DNA from: Squalus acanthias | Taxonomy: Eukaryota | NCBI GenBank assembly: GCA_030390025.1 | Contig: CM059425.1 | Span: 169,138,001 to 169,202,000, forward strand | Length of the DNA stretch: 64,000 bases | Direction of reading: 5' to 3' | In this document: piece after piece, positions 12,425 through 25,862 of the stretch | Numbering within the stretch: the stretch's first letter is position 1 | How the letters are laid out: each line of letters begins with the position of its first letter | Notes under the pieces: generated by a model | What the model was told of the DNA's origin: nothing | The model's input: only the letters and a program-made list of their open reading frames with translations | Database searches by the model: none | Position numbers and translations under genes: made by a program

Positions 12425-13100
12425 CAATAAAAACAGAAAATGCTGAGAATACTCAGCAGGTCAGGCAGCATCTGTAGAGAGTTAGCTTTTCAGGTCGATG
12501 ACCTTTCATCAGAACTGGCAAAGGTTAGAAATGTAACAGGTTTTAAGCAAGTACAGAGGGCGGGTGAGGGAGGGGAGGAAAGAACAAAAGGAAAGGTCTG
12601 TGCTAGGGTGGAAGGCAGGAGCGAGTAAATGACAAAAGGTATGATAGTCCAAAGCAAAAGGAGATGGTAATGGGACAAGTAAAGAAACAAAAGATGAGTC
12701 TAGATGAGGTGTAAATGGGAATGGCAGAATCATCAACAGCTGCCATGTGAAAAAATAGGGGCCGAGGTTATGATCTGAAATTGTTGAACTCAATGTTGAG
12801 TCCGGAAGGCTGTAAAGTGTCCAATCGAAAGATGAAGTGCTGTTCCTCGAGCTTACGTTGAGCTTCGTTGGAACAGTGTAAGAGGCCGAGGACAGAGAGG
12901 CCAGGGTGGGAGTGGAGCGGAGAATTAAAGTGACAGACGACCGGAAGCTCGGGGTCACGCTTACGGACTGAACGGAAGTGTTCCACAAAGCGATCACCCC
13001 ATCTGCGTTTGGTCTCCCCAATGTAGAGGAGACCGCATCGTGAGCAGCGAATACAGTACACTAAATTGCAAGAAGTACAAGTAAATCGCTGTTTCACCTG
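12425..13100 (-). mobile_element. Penelope-like retroelement 3' fragment (GIY-YIG endonuclease)
   Basis: FTCTSCNLVYCIRCSRCGLLYIGETKRR..EH..CHFN; same terminal repeat as the copy at 35312-37325. Confidence 0.88.
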
Positions 13101-13529
13101 GAATCTGGTTTTACAAGGTAAGTGTGCATCTCCAAGTCTGGAGCAATAGATTATTAGGTTGGGTGTTGTGATAAAAAAAAATTGTATCACATTTGTAAAA
13201 AACCCTAATGAGTCTTCCTAACCCAAATCCCACCTTGAATCAGTTCCCCCCCCCCCTTATTTTTACGTTTTCCTTCGTGCCACAAACCATTCCACAGCTG
13301 AGAATGCAGGCGAGTGACTTGTCCCAAGGCCTTTGTTGTTGTTGCTCTTGAGGCTTGTATTATGTGAGATTAGTCTAAGGTAACATATCTATTTGTTTTT
13401 CTCCCTCCCTGATGGTGGGCAGCGCTTGTTCATATATGCAGTGTATTCCGTGATGGCCCATCTGAGATTAGGGGTGAATTGTAGAGTACAGTCCTGCATC
13501 CTACCTGGCACCAGCAGTGTTTGCAAGTA

Positions 13530-13700
13530 TGAGAATGCAGGGGTGGGTGACTGACGGTATGGAATCGGCCGCCTGTTATACACCCTGTGCAATTTTACTT
13601 TCCATTGAAGTCAATGGAAAGGAAATCGAGCAGGCTGTACAACAGGCAGTCGATCCGCTATCACCAGTTTTCCGCCTCTGCTAAAGTTGAAAGTTGCCCC
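13530..13700. mobile_element. Old palindromic MITE-like element
   Basis: Hairpin centred on tttccattgaagtcaatggaaa; related copy at 53500-53645. Confidence 0.55.
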
Positions 13701-13800
13701 CTATATATTTTCTGAATTGCAAATCCTGGATAACTTTTGCAGTAGGAATTATCTTGCCAATATGCACAAACACATGGTGATCACAGCTTGTGAAACTTAC

Positions 13801-13902
13801 TTGTGTCTACTTCTGTGACTAGAATGGGTTTTGAAAATTGAATCCTAAATCCCCAGGGATAGTCACCAGTTGCTTTGGAAATCTTCACTGTCCGTTCCCG
13901 AA
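13801..13902 (-). CDS. PDZ gene coding exon 5: first half of the PDZ domain
   Basis: ttccacAG|...|GTaagt, 102 nt, phase 1-1; (I)RERTVKISKATGDYPWGFRIQFSKPILVTEVDT. Confidence 0.92.
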
Positions 13903-14056
13903 CTGTGGAATATAATGCAAACAAATATGTCACACATGTGCAGAGACCCAAAAGCATGAACTGAAGATTGACTGATGTTACTGATACTGTGGCAGCCTGG
14001 AAGGAACTGGAGGTTAAGAAGATCAGGACAGCAACAGGCAATACTGGGTTAGAAGG

Positions 14057-14585
14057 TCATAGAATCATAGGATGGTTACAGCACAGAAGGGGGCCATTTG
14101 GCCCGTCGAGCCCGTGCTGGCTCTCTGCAAGAGCAGCTCAGCTAGTCCCACTCCCCCGCCCTTTCCCTGTAGCCCTGCAAATTTTTTTCCTTCAGGTACT
14201 TATCCAATTCCCTTTTGAAACCCACGATTGAGTCTGCATCCACCACCCTTTCAGGCAGTGCATTCCAGATCCTAAACACTTGCTGCGTAAAAAAAGTTTT
14301 TCCTCATGTCGCCTTTGGTTCTTCTGCCAGTCACCTTAAATCTGTGTCCTCTGGTTCTCGACCCTTCCACCAATGAGAACAGTTTCTCTCTATCTACTCT
14401 GTTTGGACCCATCATAATTTTGAACACCTCTATCAAATCTCCTCGCAACCTTCTCGGCTCTAAGGAGAACAACCCCAGCTTCTCCAGTCTATCCACGTAA
14501 CTGAAGTCCCTCATCCCTGGAACCATTCTCGTAAATATTTTCTGCACCCTCTCTAAGGCCTTCACATCCTTCCTAAAGTGTGGTG
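14057..14585 (-). mobile_element. CR1 3' fragment
   Basis: FRKDVKALERVQ..RRLRGDLIEVFKI..RTRGH; (catagaat) tail. Confidence 0.88.
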
Positions 14586-14589
14586 TCAT

Positions 14590-14865
14590 AGCTTCAAGTC
14601 CCACTTCAAGGCTTAAGGCTGACACTTCAGTTCAGTATGGAGGGTTGGCAAGGGGTGCTGTCTTTTGAATGAGACATTAAACCAAGGCCCCATCTGCCTG
14701 TTCAGGTGGATATAAAGGGTTCCATGACACTATTCAAAGAAGAGATGTCCTGACCAACATTCATCCTTCAACCAACACCATCGAAACAGTTTAGCTGATT
14801 ATTCATCTAATTTACTGTTTGCTGGACTTTGTTGGGCATGAAATTTGCCTACATAACAACAGTGA
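14590..14865 (+). mobile_element. Deu-domain (SacSINE1-like) SINE remnant
   Basis: Colinear with the copy at 56640-57170 (ccaaggccccatctgcc..actattcaaagaagag..aaacag). Confidence 0.55.
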
Positions 14866-14919
14866 TGAATCCACAGCTCTTTGCTCCACCTTTTCTGGTG
14901 CCTTTATGTCCTTTCTTTA

Positions 14920-15580
14920 TCATGGCAACCAGAATTGCACACAGTACTCCATATGGGGATGAAACAATACCCTGTAGAGGCTCAATATCACATTCTGTGA
15001 TTTGTGTTTTATTCCATGTGCAATACAACCCACAATCTCATTTGTCTTGTTTACTGCTGCTGCACACTGTGCCAACGGTTTCAACCGTGATGGCGATAGC
15101 AATACACCCAAATCCTTTTCCCGTGCTACATTCTGTTGACTAACACCATTTTGTTTATAGTTCTAATGTTTATTCTCCTTCCCTAATCTTATCACTTTGC
15201 ACATATTGACATTAAATTTCCGTTGCCATTTTTCGGCACAACCTCCCAATCTGTCTAGATCCCTCTGCACCTGATCAGATTGTTTGCAATCCATTCATCT
15301 TGGTGTCTTCAGGAAATGTTGACAATTTTGTCTCTATCTCCACTTCTAAATCATGTAAACAATGTCAATAGCAAAAGGCCCCAGCACTGTTCTTTGGGGA
15401 ACCGCATGTCATATCCTGCCACTCTGATGCAGTTCCATGCATGACAACCCTTTGTTTCCTCTGATGCAATCAGTTGCCAATCCACTTCAGTGACTGCCCA
15501 CCTATTCTATTCTTTTCAACATTATGGACCAATCTCCTATCTGAAACTGTATCAAAAGCCTTGCTGAATTGTAGATAACG
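14920..15580 (-). mobile_element. Old CR1 RT fragment
   Basis: LSLYRVLFHPHMEYCVQFW and decayed RT blocks. Confidence 0.7.
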
Positions 15581-16238
15581 GGACCTCTCCTTCAGCACCT
15601 AGTGGGTGCTGCACTTCTGTAGCACTGCTCAGGAGCTCCAGCTGCATTATGTGGTGGCCTAATTTATATGATAGTCGGAGGTCTAATGATTCTAGCACAC
15701 TGCTTGTGTACAGTTCAATGCAGAGAAATGTGAAGTAGTACCATCTGGGAAAAAAAAGTCGTTAAAAGAAACATATTCAGAGTAGTTAGATTCTTAACAG
15801 ACAGATCCAGGGGGTGCAGATACCTTGATCTTGAAGGTGAGTGTGTAGGTGAAAAAGCTATAAAAAGTTGAATGAGATTCTGAGTTTTATACATGGGGCA
15901 CTGAATATGAAAGAAAAGAAGTGATGCTAAACGTTGCATAAGACGTTGGTTGGGTCACAGTTGCACGCATGTAGGCCACATGGAGACCAGGTAATGCTAA
16001 GCGAAACAGGTCCGGCGCCTCACTTACATATGCCAGGGGCCCGCCTAACGCCTGTTTCAGACAGGTGCCATGGATGCCTGCAAAGCTGCCTTCACGAATA
16101 TGGTGGCGCCCATACCCCAGGTGCAGATCAGGTGCGGGATGTTGTACCCCCAAATTTTCTTTTAAATTGCAGAAACGTTATTTAAAAAAACGGAGCAATT
16201 GCCTGAATAAATATAATAAAATTGTGTAAATATATTAC

Positions 16239-16409
16239 TTGCTGCAGGTTGAGCTCTCTTGCTAAGACAACGAGGATTGTTGTTGGAGTTGCGCTCATCT
16301 CCTCTGAAGATCCAGGAGGTAGAGTTAAAAGTCTCAGTGTAAATTCCCCTTTGCTCACTCTCAGCCCGGACTTGGGCCAGATCCATGGAGCGTGTATCCT
16401 CTGAGTTTA
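16239..16409 (-). CDS. PDZ gene coding exon 4
   Basis: Polypyrimidine tract, tatgcAG|...|GTaata, 171 nt, phase 1-1; (V)NSEDTRSMDLAQVRAESEQRGIYTETFNSTSWIFRGDE...AQPAA. Confidence 0.85.
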
Positions 16410-16754
16410 CTGCATACAACAGAGAGAAAACAGAAACAAGGTTTCAGATAACTATAAAAAGTGCAGGTAAATGGCTTTCCTAATGATGTCTTAGTGATCA
16501 TAATCTTGGCTTATCATCGCCTAAAATTTGAAACCACAATTTATTTGAAGCTAGAAAGAAATAAAAAGATCCACGGTCACTGCTTTACATTATTTTTTCT
16601 TTAGTTCATTTGCTCTGTATCTAAATAAATGAAATAAAAATGCAACTACATTCATACAATCAAAGTCTCCTTCTAAAGGTACAAAAAGAACATCAGTTTC
16701 AGTAAAAGAATGCATTGTTGCTTCTCCCGGCTCCACCTTTAGGTAAGTATAGGG

Positions 16755-16858
16755 TAGGGCGACCATATTTTCTAAAGCAAATCCGGGGATACACACAGTG
16801 GGAGCACAGCAAAGTAGTCAGGATGGAAAATGTAGGTCGTGCAGCGTAGTGAGGCAAC

Positions 16859-16906
<48 letters not shown>

Positions 16907-18174
16907 TTAATTACCGCAGATGTGACGTCACACTATTGAAGCGCATTCAGACACCGTTTATAAATAATACAATAACATTCTTCAGGAACGTCAGTATTTT
17001 GTACCCACTGTCTATACGGCTTATTCAGAAAATCCCTTTCTTCACAACACTGTCCAAGTTATTTATTTTTTACAGATTTATTAATGATTGCTGTGCTATC
17101 ACCATGTTTCAAGAAAACCAGCATGACGATTTTGTTGCTTCTGCTAGTGGAATACGCGTAGAGATTAACCCCCATCGACCATCATGCAGTCAACGATAAT
17201 GTGGATAGAAAGAGTGTTATAATTTTAATGAGAATTAACAGAAATGACGTGTGCCACAGTGGCGCTCTACAAAACTACAAACAAAATGATTTTATACAGT
17301 TTATTGTAATTCAGTCAAAATCTCCAGACGACCACCCCCAAATTCAGACAGACAAGAGTGTGGAAGCGGGTCAGCCTGGCACAAACAGATCAGTGGGGAG
17401 GGGGATCACCCTGGCACAGTGAGGGAAAAGGGTCCTCCTGTCACAAACAGACTGGGGAAGAGGGTGGTGGGGGGGCGGTCCCTCTGGCACAGAGACGGTC
17501 GAGAGCGGGAGTTACCATGCTGCTTGCGTGTGGCATTATTGTAATGGAAGTGGCATGCAGCAGTTCTGCTGTCCTCAGGCATAAAGACAGCCCCTTCTAC
17601 ACAGACATGTTTAGCCTCAGACTGGCACTGTTCTCATAGGACTGAGTGAGACTGAGGTACCGAGCCCTGTCTGTCGAGTTATAGAAGCAGACATTAAAAC
17701 CCTTCCACTCCGCACATTAATGCACCCTCAGTGTTACCTGTCCCTGGGCTCCGGGAGTTCACACAGACAACATCACCATCACACCTCCCGTGCAAACACA
17801 GTCACCCCATTGGCCAGCACTCACTCCCCACTCTGTCCTTTCATTGGTCCAAACCGAAGCCAATCTGGTCAAAGCAATTCAGCAGACAAAAACGGTGATC
17901 CTCCCTTTCATTAGTCTATCGCCGCCAATGGGCAGCGAATCTGTCAATCAACAGTGGGCCCTCTTGATTGGTCCGTCTCTGAGTCCCTGAGTGTGGTGCT
18001 GATTTATGTGCGCTGCAATTAGGTTGAATGGAACTTATTCAAATAAAATGGCAGGTAGAGTATTCGGGGACAAGTTTTGTGAACTGGAGATTTTTCCGGG
18101 GATGTTGTTTGCCCAGGAACACAGTACCTCATCCGGGGACTGTCCCTGGAAAATGGGGATGTATGGTCACCCTA
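16755..18174. mobile_element. Non-autonomous hAT element (Blackjack-type termini)
   Basis: TIRs tagggcgaccata / tatggtcacccta; perfect 8-bp TSD GTATAGGG (16747-16754, 18175-18182). Confidence 0.9.
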
Positions 18175-19892
18175 GTATAGGGGGCCTTCCTGTCTGCTGG
18201 AGCCATGTTGTGCTGTGTGGGTTCAGCACGTGGGGCGTTGAAAATTGAGAATGAGTCCTGCAAGATGCGCAGGACCCTAATTTAAATAAATTATTTCCAC
18301 CTTTAAATGTTCCCAGCGTAATCACCTTATCTAACATGGTGGGCGGTGCACTTCCGGCTGGGAATGTGCACACGCTTCATGCCTGCCATATTGGGAGCTT
18401 AGTAGGCCATTTAGTGCCCAAGAAACGGTTGCTGTGGGGCTATATTTCTAGGCCTGATGTCAAACCGCATCATACACAAGTGCCACACAATTATTTTGGA
18501 GGAAGTTTGCCAGATAATTATGCATAATATTCTATTGTGAAATTACTGTAACATTACCTATTTGTAATTTTAACAATCTTGTATTATGTGGTTGGATTTC
18601 CTTAGGGGTTCTCCGGACCGGCCACATGTAACTTTAGTAGAAGATCGACGGAAACCCTGCTTACGCATGTAAACATCGTTTATGCCAAAATTACGGTGTA
18701 TGATCAGGAGAATCCCTGAGGAAATTCATCCCCAAAGTCTTTAGCTTATTTCATATTAATTGGTAGCTGCATGTTCTGGAGCTATGTGTTCACAGCATTA
18801 TGCCATGTCAGGAATATGCATTAGTGGGAAACTTTTGATATCTTAAATCATCAGAAAAAACGTGAGCGAGGGGAACTGGATGATACAGTGAGTTAGCACA
18901 TTGATCTTTGCATCCAGCCCAGTCTGATGGGGATGAGACTCTCCATTCTCTGGCAGCGGTAAACGTCTTGTGTGAAATGTCAGTTTATGTTCTGTTCCCA
19001 GTGAGTATGAAGCTATAACATAAGATTAGACACAAATTGACTTTACATTGATATCTCAGACTGGAAGTCCATATGGATAATTGGTGCACAAAGTGAAATA
19101 ATTTTTGCAAGTCATGCATGCACTGTTGCTATGGCACATTGCTAGGTTCAAAGTCATTCCAGGTCACTCATACACTAAATCCAAACAACTCAATGTGCAT
19201 TTTTATTTAAAGGATGCTATTCCATGTGATTTTAAAATGCAGAATGGCTCAGGCTTCACAACATATCGATGCCTTAAATGGAATGTCTGTCAGGTGACTG
19301 TAGAATATGAAAATGTTTACATCACTAGCTAACCAGGATATATGCTTCCTCCACTCAACGTTTCTTGATAAGGAAAACATATTTCTTCGACAAAAATGAA
19401 ATATTAAACAGAAAGTCCATGCTTTAACTGTAAACTTGCCTCCATTTTACAGTGTATATCTATGAAATTATAAGTTCATTGTCATTCCTGAGAAAATAAG
19501 AATTCTACAGTCATGCAGTATTTAATAAATCAGAACGCATTCTGTTAATTTCACCAATACATTTTTGTATTAACATATAAAGAAAAGTCTGCAAAACATT
19601 TGTGGAGCTTCCTAATAAACCTCTCAACATTTCTGCTGCTGTTTATCAACTTAATTGTGCAAACGGAATCAGAATTTTTTTAATTTAATTTTTTCACTTG
19701 ATTGAACTATAATTTGCACTCGTTCTTTGAGTAGGAAGTGGGGATGATTATGGTAACCAGCATCCCTTCTGAAAAGTAAAGGCAATTCAATGAAATGTAG
19801 ATAAGAAGCTCTTTATGTTTGAAACCCGATGGTCTGTCGTCAGCAATTTAATATAATTTCCCACATTTTCTATTCAGTCAATCAATAGCATA

Positions 19893-20233
19893 GTACGGTA
19901 GCATAGTGGCTATGTTACTGGACTAGTAATCCAGACTAACAATCTGGAGACATGAGTTCAAATCCCACCACGGCAGCTGGGGAATTTAAATTCAGTTAAT
20001 TAAATTTAAAAAATCTGGAATAAAAAGCTAGTATCAGTAATGGTAACCACGAAACTACCGGATTGTTGTAAAAACCCATCCTTTAGGGAAGGGTATCTGC
20101 CGCCCTTACCCGGTCTGGCCTATATGTAACTCCTGACCCACAGCAATGTGGTTGACTCTTAACTGCCCTCTGAAATGGCCTAGCAAGCCATTCACCACCA
20201 CCTTCTTGAGGGCAATTAGGGATGGGCAATAAA
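19893..20233 (+). mobile_element. tRNA-derived SINE with CR1-like 3' tail
   Basis: A-box-like gtagcatagtgg, B-box-like gagttcaaatccc; tail gggcaattagggatgggcaataaatg resembles the LINE tail at 62697-63160. Confidence 0.75.
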
Positions 20234-20758
20234 TGGAGGCAACGGACCTGAGCGGGAGTGGAGGCGGAGGCTGAGTAAAAAAAGAGTGCAGCAGAGCAAG
20301 GCCCGAGAGTGGAGGCAGCGGACCTGAGTGGGAGCGGAGGTAGAGCAAATAAAGAGCACGGCAGAGCAAGGCCTGAGAGTGGAGGCAGCAGACCTGAGCG
20401 GGAGTGGAGGCGGAATAAATAAAGAGCACAGCAGAGCAAGGCCCGAGAGTGGAGGCAGCGAACCTGAGCGGGAGCGGAGGCAGAGGCGGCGGTGGAGCAA
20501 ATAAAGAGCGTGGCAGAGCAAGGCCCGAGAGTGGAGGCAGCGGACCTGAGCGGGAGCGGAGGTGGAGCAAATAAACAGCGCGGCAGAGCAAGGCCCGAGA
20601 GTGGAGGCAGCGGACCTGAGTGGGAGCGGAGGCGGAGTAAATAAAGAGCGCGGCAGAGCAAGGCCCGAGAGTGGAGGCAGCGGACCTGAGCGGGAGCGGA
20701 GGTGGAGCAAATAAAGAGCACGGCAGAGCAAGGCCTGAGAGTGGAGGCAGCGGACCTG
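20234..20758. repeat. 70-bp tandem repeat (~7.5 copies) at the 5' end of a CR1
   Basis: Unit gagtggaggcagcggacctgagcgggagcggaggtggagcaaataaagagcgcggcagagcaaggcccga. Confidence 0.95.
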
Positions 20759-23700
20759 ACAACAAAAAACAAGGAGTGACGTCACAGGGAAGTGATTGGT
20801 TGGTCAGTATTTCTCTCTCTTTCTTGGGCATTGTTTTAAATTAAGAGCCAGGATTATAAACTAAATGTTCAAAACTTAAACACTTAATTAATTAAATACA
20901 TTAGAGATGGCAGGGCAGGCGATGTGTTACTGCTGCAGCATGTGGGAGCTGGTTGACATCATTGAGGTCCACGGCGACCACATTTGCAGTAAGTGTTGGT
21001 TGCTTGAGGATCTTCGGCTCTGTGTTGATGAGCTGGAGTCCGAGCTTCAAACACTGCGACACATCAGGGAGGGGGAGAGTTAACTGGACGCTGTGTTCCA
21101 GGAGGCAGTCACACCCCTTAGATTAATTAATTCAAATTTGGTCCGTGGTCAGGGACAGGTGGGTGTGACTATGAGCGAGGCAGGTATGGGGAACCAGGAG
21201 GTAGTGGTGGAGGAGCCTCAGCCCTTGCTCTTGTCCAACAGTTACGAGGTTCTTACTCCCTGTGTGGACGAGAGCAGGTACTGCAGTGAGGATGAGCAAA
21301 CTGACCACAGCACCGTGGTACAGGGAGCCATTCAAGAGGGGGGAACAAAAAGAAATGTGGTAGTGGTAGGGGACAATATAGTTAGGGGGATAGACACTGT
21401 TCTCTGCAGCCAAGAGCGTGAGTCCCGAAGGCTATGTTGCCTACCCGGTGTCAGGGTAAAGGACATCTCCTCCAGGCTGGAGAAGAACTTGGAGTGGGAG
21501 GGGGAGGATCCAGTTGTCGTGGTCCACATAGGTACCAATGACATAGGTAGGACTAAGAAAAAGGTTCTGCTGAGAGAGTTTGAGCAGCTAGGGACTAAAT
21601 TAAAAAGCAGAACCACAAAGGTCATAATTTCTGGATTATTACCAGAGCCACGAGCAAATTGGCATAGGGTCAATAGGATCAGGGAGATGAATGCGTGGCT
21701 CAAAGATTGGTGTGGGAGAAGTGGGTTTCGATTCGTGGGGCACTGGCACCAGTACTGGGGAAAGAGAGAGCTGTTCCGTTGGGACGGACTACACCTGAAC
21801 CATGCTGGGACCAGAGTTCTAGTCAATTGAATAACTAGGGAGGTAGATAGGACTTTAAACTAAATAAGGGGGGGAGGGTCCCGGTGGAGAGAAATCTAGA
21901 ATGCTAAAGAGAAAAGACAAGGAAGCAGTGCAGGAAAGTGATTGGGGTAAGGATAACCAGATTGTGTCAGGAAGGGACAGAGCGTACAAACAAAGGAGTG
22001 CACTAACAAATAGGGTCCGGGTAAGAAAAAATGGTAATAAGCCAAATAGGGTCATAGTACAAAAAAATGTTACGATGTCTAAAAATTAAAAAAAGACAAA
22101 TCTAAAGACACTGTATCTGAATGCACGAAGCATTCGTAATAAGGTAGACGAATTAACAGCACAAATAGATGTAAACGGATACGATATAATTGCGATTACG
22201 GAGACATGGCTGCAGGGTGACCAAGGCTGGGAGCTGAATATCCAAGGATATTCGATATTTAGGAAGGACAGGCAAAAAGGAAAAGGAGGTGGGTAGCGTT
22301 GTTAGTAAAGGATGAAATCAGAGCAATAGTGAGAAAGGATATTGGCTCAGAAAATCAAGATGTAGAATCAGTCTGGGTGGAGCTAAGAAGCATCAAGGGG
22401 CAGAAAACATTGGTGGGAGTTGTCTATAGGCCTCCAAAGAGTAGTGGTAATGTAGGGGATGGCATCATACAGGAAATTAGAGATGCATGTAACAAGGGTA
22501 CTACAGTAATCATGGGTGACTTTAATCTACATATAGACTGGCCAAACTAAATTAGCAATAATACTGTGGAGGATGAATTCCTGGAGTGTGTACGAGATGG
22601 TTTTTTAGACCAGTACGTTGAGGAGCCAACTAGGGAACAGGCTATCCTAGATTGGGTATTGTGCAATGAGAAGGGGTTAATTAATAATCTTGTTGTGCGG
22701 GGTCCTTTAGGGAAGAGTGACCATAACATGATAGAATTCTTCATTAAGATGGAAAGTGATATAGTCTAATCCGAAACTAGGGTCCTAAATCTAAACAAAG
22801 GAAACTACGAAGGTATGAGGAATGAGTTGGCTATGATAGATTAGAGAGCTTCTTTAAAAGGCATGACGGTGGATAGGCAATGGCTAACATTTAAAGAACG
22901 AATGCATGAATTACAACAGTTATACATTCCTTTCTGGCGCAAAAACACAAAAGGAAAAGCGGCCCAACCATGGCTAACAAAATAAATTAAGGATAGTATT
23001 AGATCCAAAGAGGAGCCATATAAAGTTGCCAGAAAAAGTATCAAGCCTGAGGATTGGGAGCAGTTTAGAATTCAGCAAAAAAGGACCAAGAGATTGATTA
23101 AGAGGGGAAAAATAAAGTATGAGAGTAAACTTGAAAGGAACATAAACACAGACTGTAAAGGCTTCTACAAGTATGTAAAAATGAAAAAGATTAGTGAAGA
23201 CAAATGTAGGTCCCTTACAGTCAGAAACAGGAGAATTTATAATGAGGAACAAGGAAATGGCAGAGCAATTAAACAAATACTTTGGTTCTGTCTTCACGGA
23301 AGAGGACACAAATAACTTCCCAGAAATGCTAGGGAACCAAGGGTCTAGTGAGAAGGAGGAATTAAAGGAAATTAGTATTAGTAAAAAAATAGTGCTGGAG
23401 AAATTAATGGGACTGAAAGCCAATAAATCCCCAAGGCCTGATAACCTGCATCCCAGAGTACTAAAAGAGGTAGTCATGGAAATAGTGGATGCATTGGTTG
23501 TCACCTTCCAAAATTCTATAGATTATGGAACAGTTCCTGCAGATTGGAGGGTGCAAATGTAACCCCACTATTTAAAAAAGGAGGGAGAGAGAAAACCGGG
23601 AACTACAGACCAGTTAGCCTAACATCAGTAGTAGGGAAAATGCTAGAGTCTATTATAAAGGATGTGATAACAGGACACTTAGAAAATATCAACGGGATTA

Positions 23701-24036
23701 GACAAAGTCAACATGGATTTATGAAAGGGAAATCGCGTTTGACAAACCTACTGGAGTTTTTTGAGGATGTAACTGGTAGAATAGATAAGGGAGAACCAGT
23801 AGAGGTGGTGTATTTGGATTTTCAGAAGGCCTTTGATAAAGTCCCACATAAGAGGTTAGTGTGCAAAATTAAAGCACATGGGATTGGGGGTAATATACTG
23901 GCATGGATTGAAAATTGATTCACAGACAGGAAACAGAGAGTAGGAATAAATGGGTCTTTTTCGTGGTGGCAGGCGGTGACTAGTGGAGTACCGCAGGGAT
24001 CAGTGCTTGGGCCCCAGCTATTCACAATATATATCA
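20234..24036 (+). mobile_element. CR1 LINE retaining 5' UTR, ORF1 (Zn finger plus SGNH esterase) and broken ORF2 (APE-RT); 3'-truncated
   Basis: CxxC..HICSKC near 20907-21000; VVVGDNIVRG, VVVHIGTND, DGLHLN; LNARSI, VYRPP, MGDFN; RT blocks up to [10 protein letters not shown]; several stops. Confidence 0.93.
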
Positions 24037-24039
24037 GCA

Positions 24040-24170
24040 GCGGATGAGGTGAGGCAAGGGCGGAGACGGGCGATGTTACGGAGATGGAAGTAGGCGGTCT
24101 TTGTTATGCTGCGGATATGTGGTCGGAAGCTCATTTCAGGGTCAAATATGACACCAAGGTTGCGAACTAC
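24040..24170 (-). mobile_element. Short L2 fragment abutting the truncated CR1
   Basis: Matches L2 segments near 1110-1630 and 33975-34095. Confidence 0.65.
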
Positions 24171-24686
24171 CTGTGTATCCCCCACCTCTAAGCTATTTAG
24201 ACAATCGCTGGGTCTCTTATCTGTCTTTTATTTTTTTGCTTTCTCTCACTATGCCCCTTATTGTCTCATGTTATATCACTACCATTTAACCATCTCCTGT
24301 TTTCTAATTAAGTACTTTACAGGCCATTCAAATTATTTTCTGTGTTGGTGTGTGCGTGTTTGTGTTTCCCCCTCCCCCTTCCCCTTGGTCCTTTTTAAAT
24401 GCTGTTGATCTGTACAGTCTTCCAGTTCTGATGAAGGGTCCACACCTGGAAGATTAACCTGTGTGTTGTCTCTGCAGATATTGCCTAAGTGATGAGTGTT
24501 TTCAGCATTTATGTTTTTACATTTATAATTTGTACCCATCTTAAAAAGTTAGAGAGCTAGGAAGTAAATGTGCCAGGGAAACTTTTGAAAAGCAGAGAGC
24601 TAGAAAGGGTGAAGATACTGAAACCCATGGGCCCTATGTATTACCACTTTAATTACATCCTTTAATGTGTCTACTCATGTTCTCAC

Positions 24687-24887
24687 CTGATTCCTGATTG
24701 CTGGCAACTGAGCTTCCCCCAGCTGAGTTGCACTGTTTACTCTCCTTAAACTGTTTACGTCTCTTCGCCCAGTGATCAGATCCTTCTCCTGTTGAAGGAA
24801 CCACCTGGAAATTCTCACTGGCTTTCCCGTCTTTTTGTATGGGATCAGTGGGCAGCTGCAGAAGCCAACTTGCTTCAGCCTTCGGAT
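24687..24887 (-). CDS. PDZ gene coding exon 3 (acceptor less certain)
   Basis: Donor TCAG|GTgag; 201 nt, phase 1-1 with acceptor gactAG|; ...ENFQVVPSTGEGSDHWAKRRKQFKESKQCNSAGGSSVASNQES joins exon 4 in frame. Confidence 0.78.
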
Positions 24888-25862
24888 CTAGTCATGTCAG
24901 AAACCATATTAATGATGTTACCATGCTGTCATCAACCTTTATGTACAGAATCTATATTTTATTCATCTTACAAGAAATACAATAATATGCTTACTGAAAA
25001 AGAAATCTATCAACGAACCACAACAGCTTGTATTTATATCGTGCTTTTGAACTGCAAACTTGTGTTCTATCATGTGTATGGGCTAAAAGACAAATAATAT
25101 AGTACTCTTGCCATAACACTCTTTGATGCACCATGACCTTTGGGAAAACGTTGTTATAAGCCTCCCTTATTAATAGTTAGAGACTGTTAAACAGTCTTTC
25201 TCATTGTTGCAGAAGGTGATGCATGATCCTCTTATGACAAGTTCAGCCTGGCTGACTTTCTCACAATGGGTCAAGATTTCCTCTGTTGCTAGGTGTAGCA
25301 AAATATTTAACACATTTATGAACAGGAGGTTTACAAGTTACAATTCTACTTCACCTGGTGCAGAGAGGAAATCTTTGCCCAGAGATTAAGTTGGAAGGTG
25401 AATCACTCCTAGCTGTTCTTGCACACCCTCTAGTGGTTAGGAACAGAGCAACATTAGCAAGGATCTGGAAACAAGTACCTGACTGTACTCTTGACTGCTT
25501 GTAATCTCAACTGGGAAATGGTCCAGAGGAAGAAAACAAAATAAGGAAAATATCAACAAAGTATGCTCTCCCCATAGCGTGGTACATGTATTTATTGTTT
25601 GTAAGACCATATTATAGGAAAAATTCAACTGTACTTGTATAAATGTGCGCACTGGGTTCTGGAGATGTCTAATATCAGTATTGTGTCAAAAATCAGCTGT
25701 TTCCTTATTAAAGAGTTCCAGCATCAGAAGCAAACCAACTCTGCACTGGAGTCTAGAAAGTGATTTTACTTTTATTTTTACTATTTTTATTTTATTTTAT
25801 TTTATTTCAGTTATTTTTCTGTTATTTTGCATAGCAAGTTTATTATTTCTTGTCTATCATAC

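Noticed and set aside
20083..20831. Three overlapping 190-240 aa minus-strand ORFs; superficially CRISPR-like array
   Set aside because: Translations of a 70-bp head-to-tail repeat with no unique spacers; eukaryotic context with no cas genes
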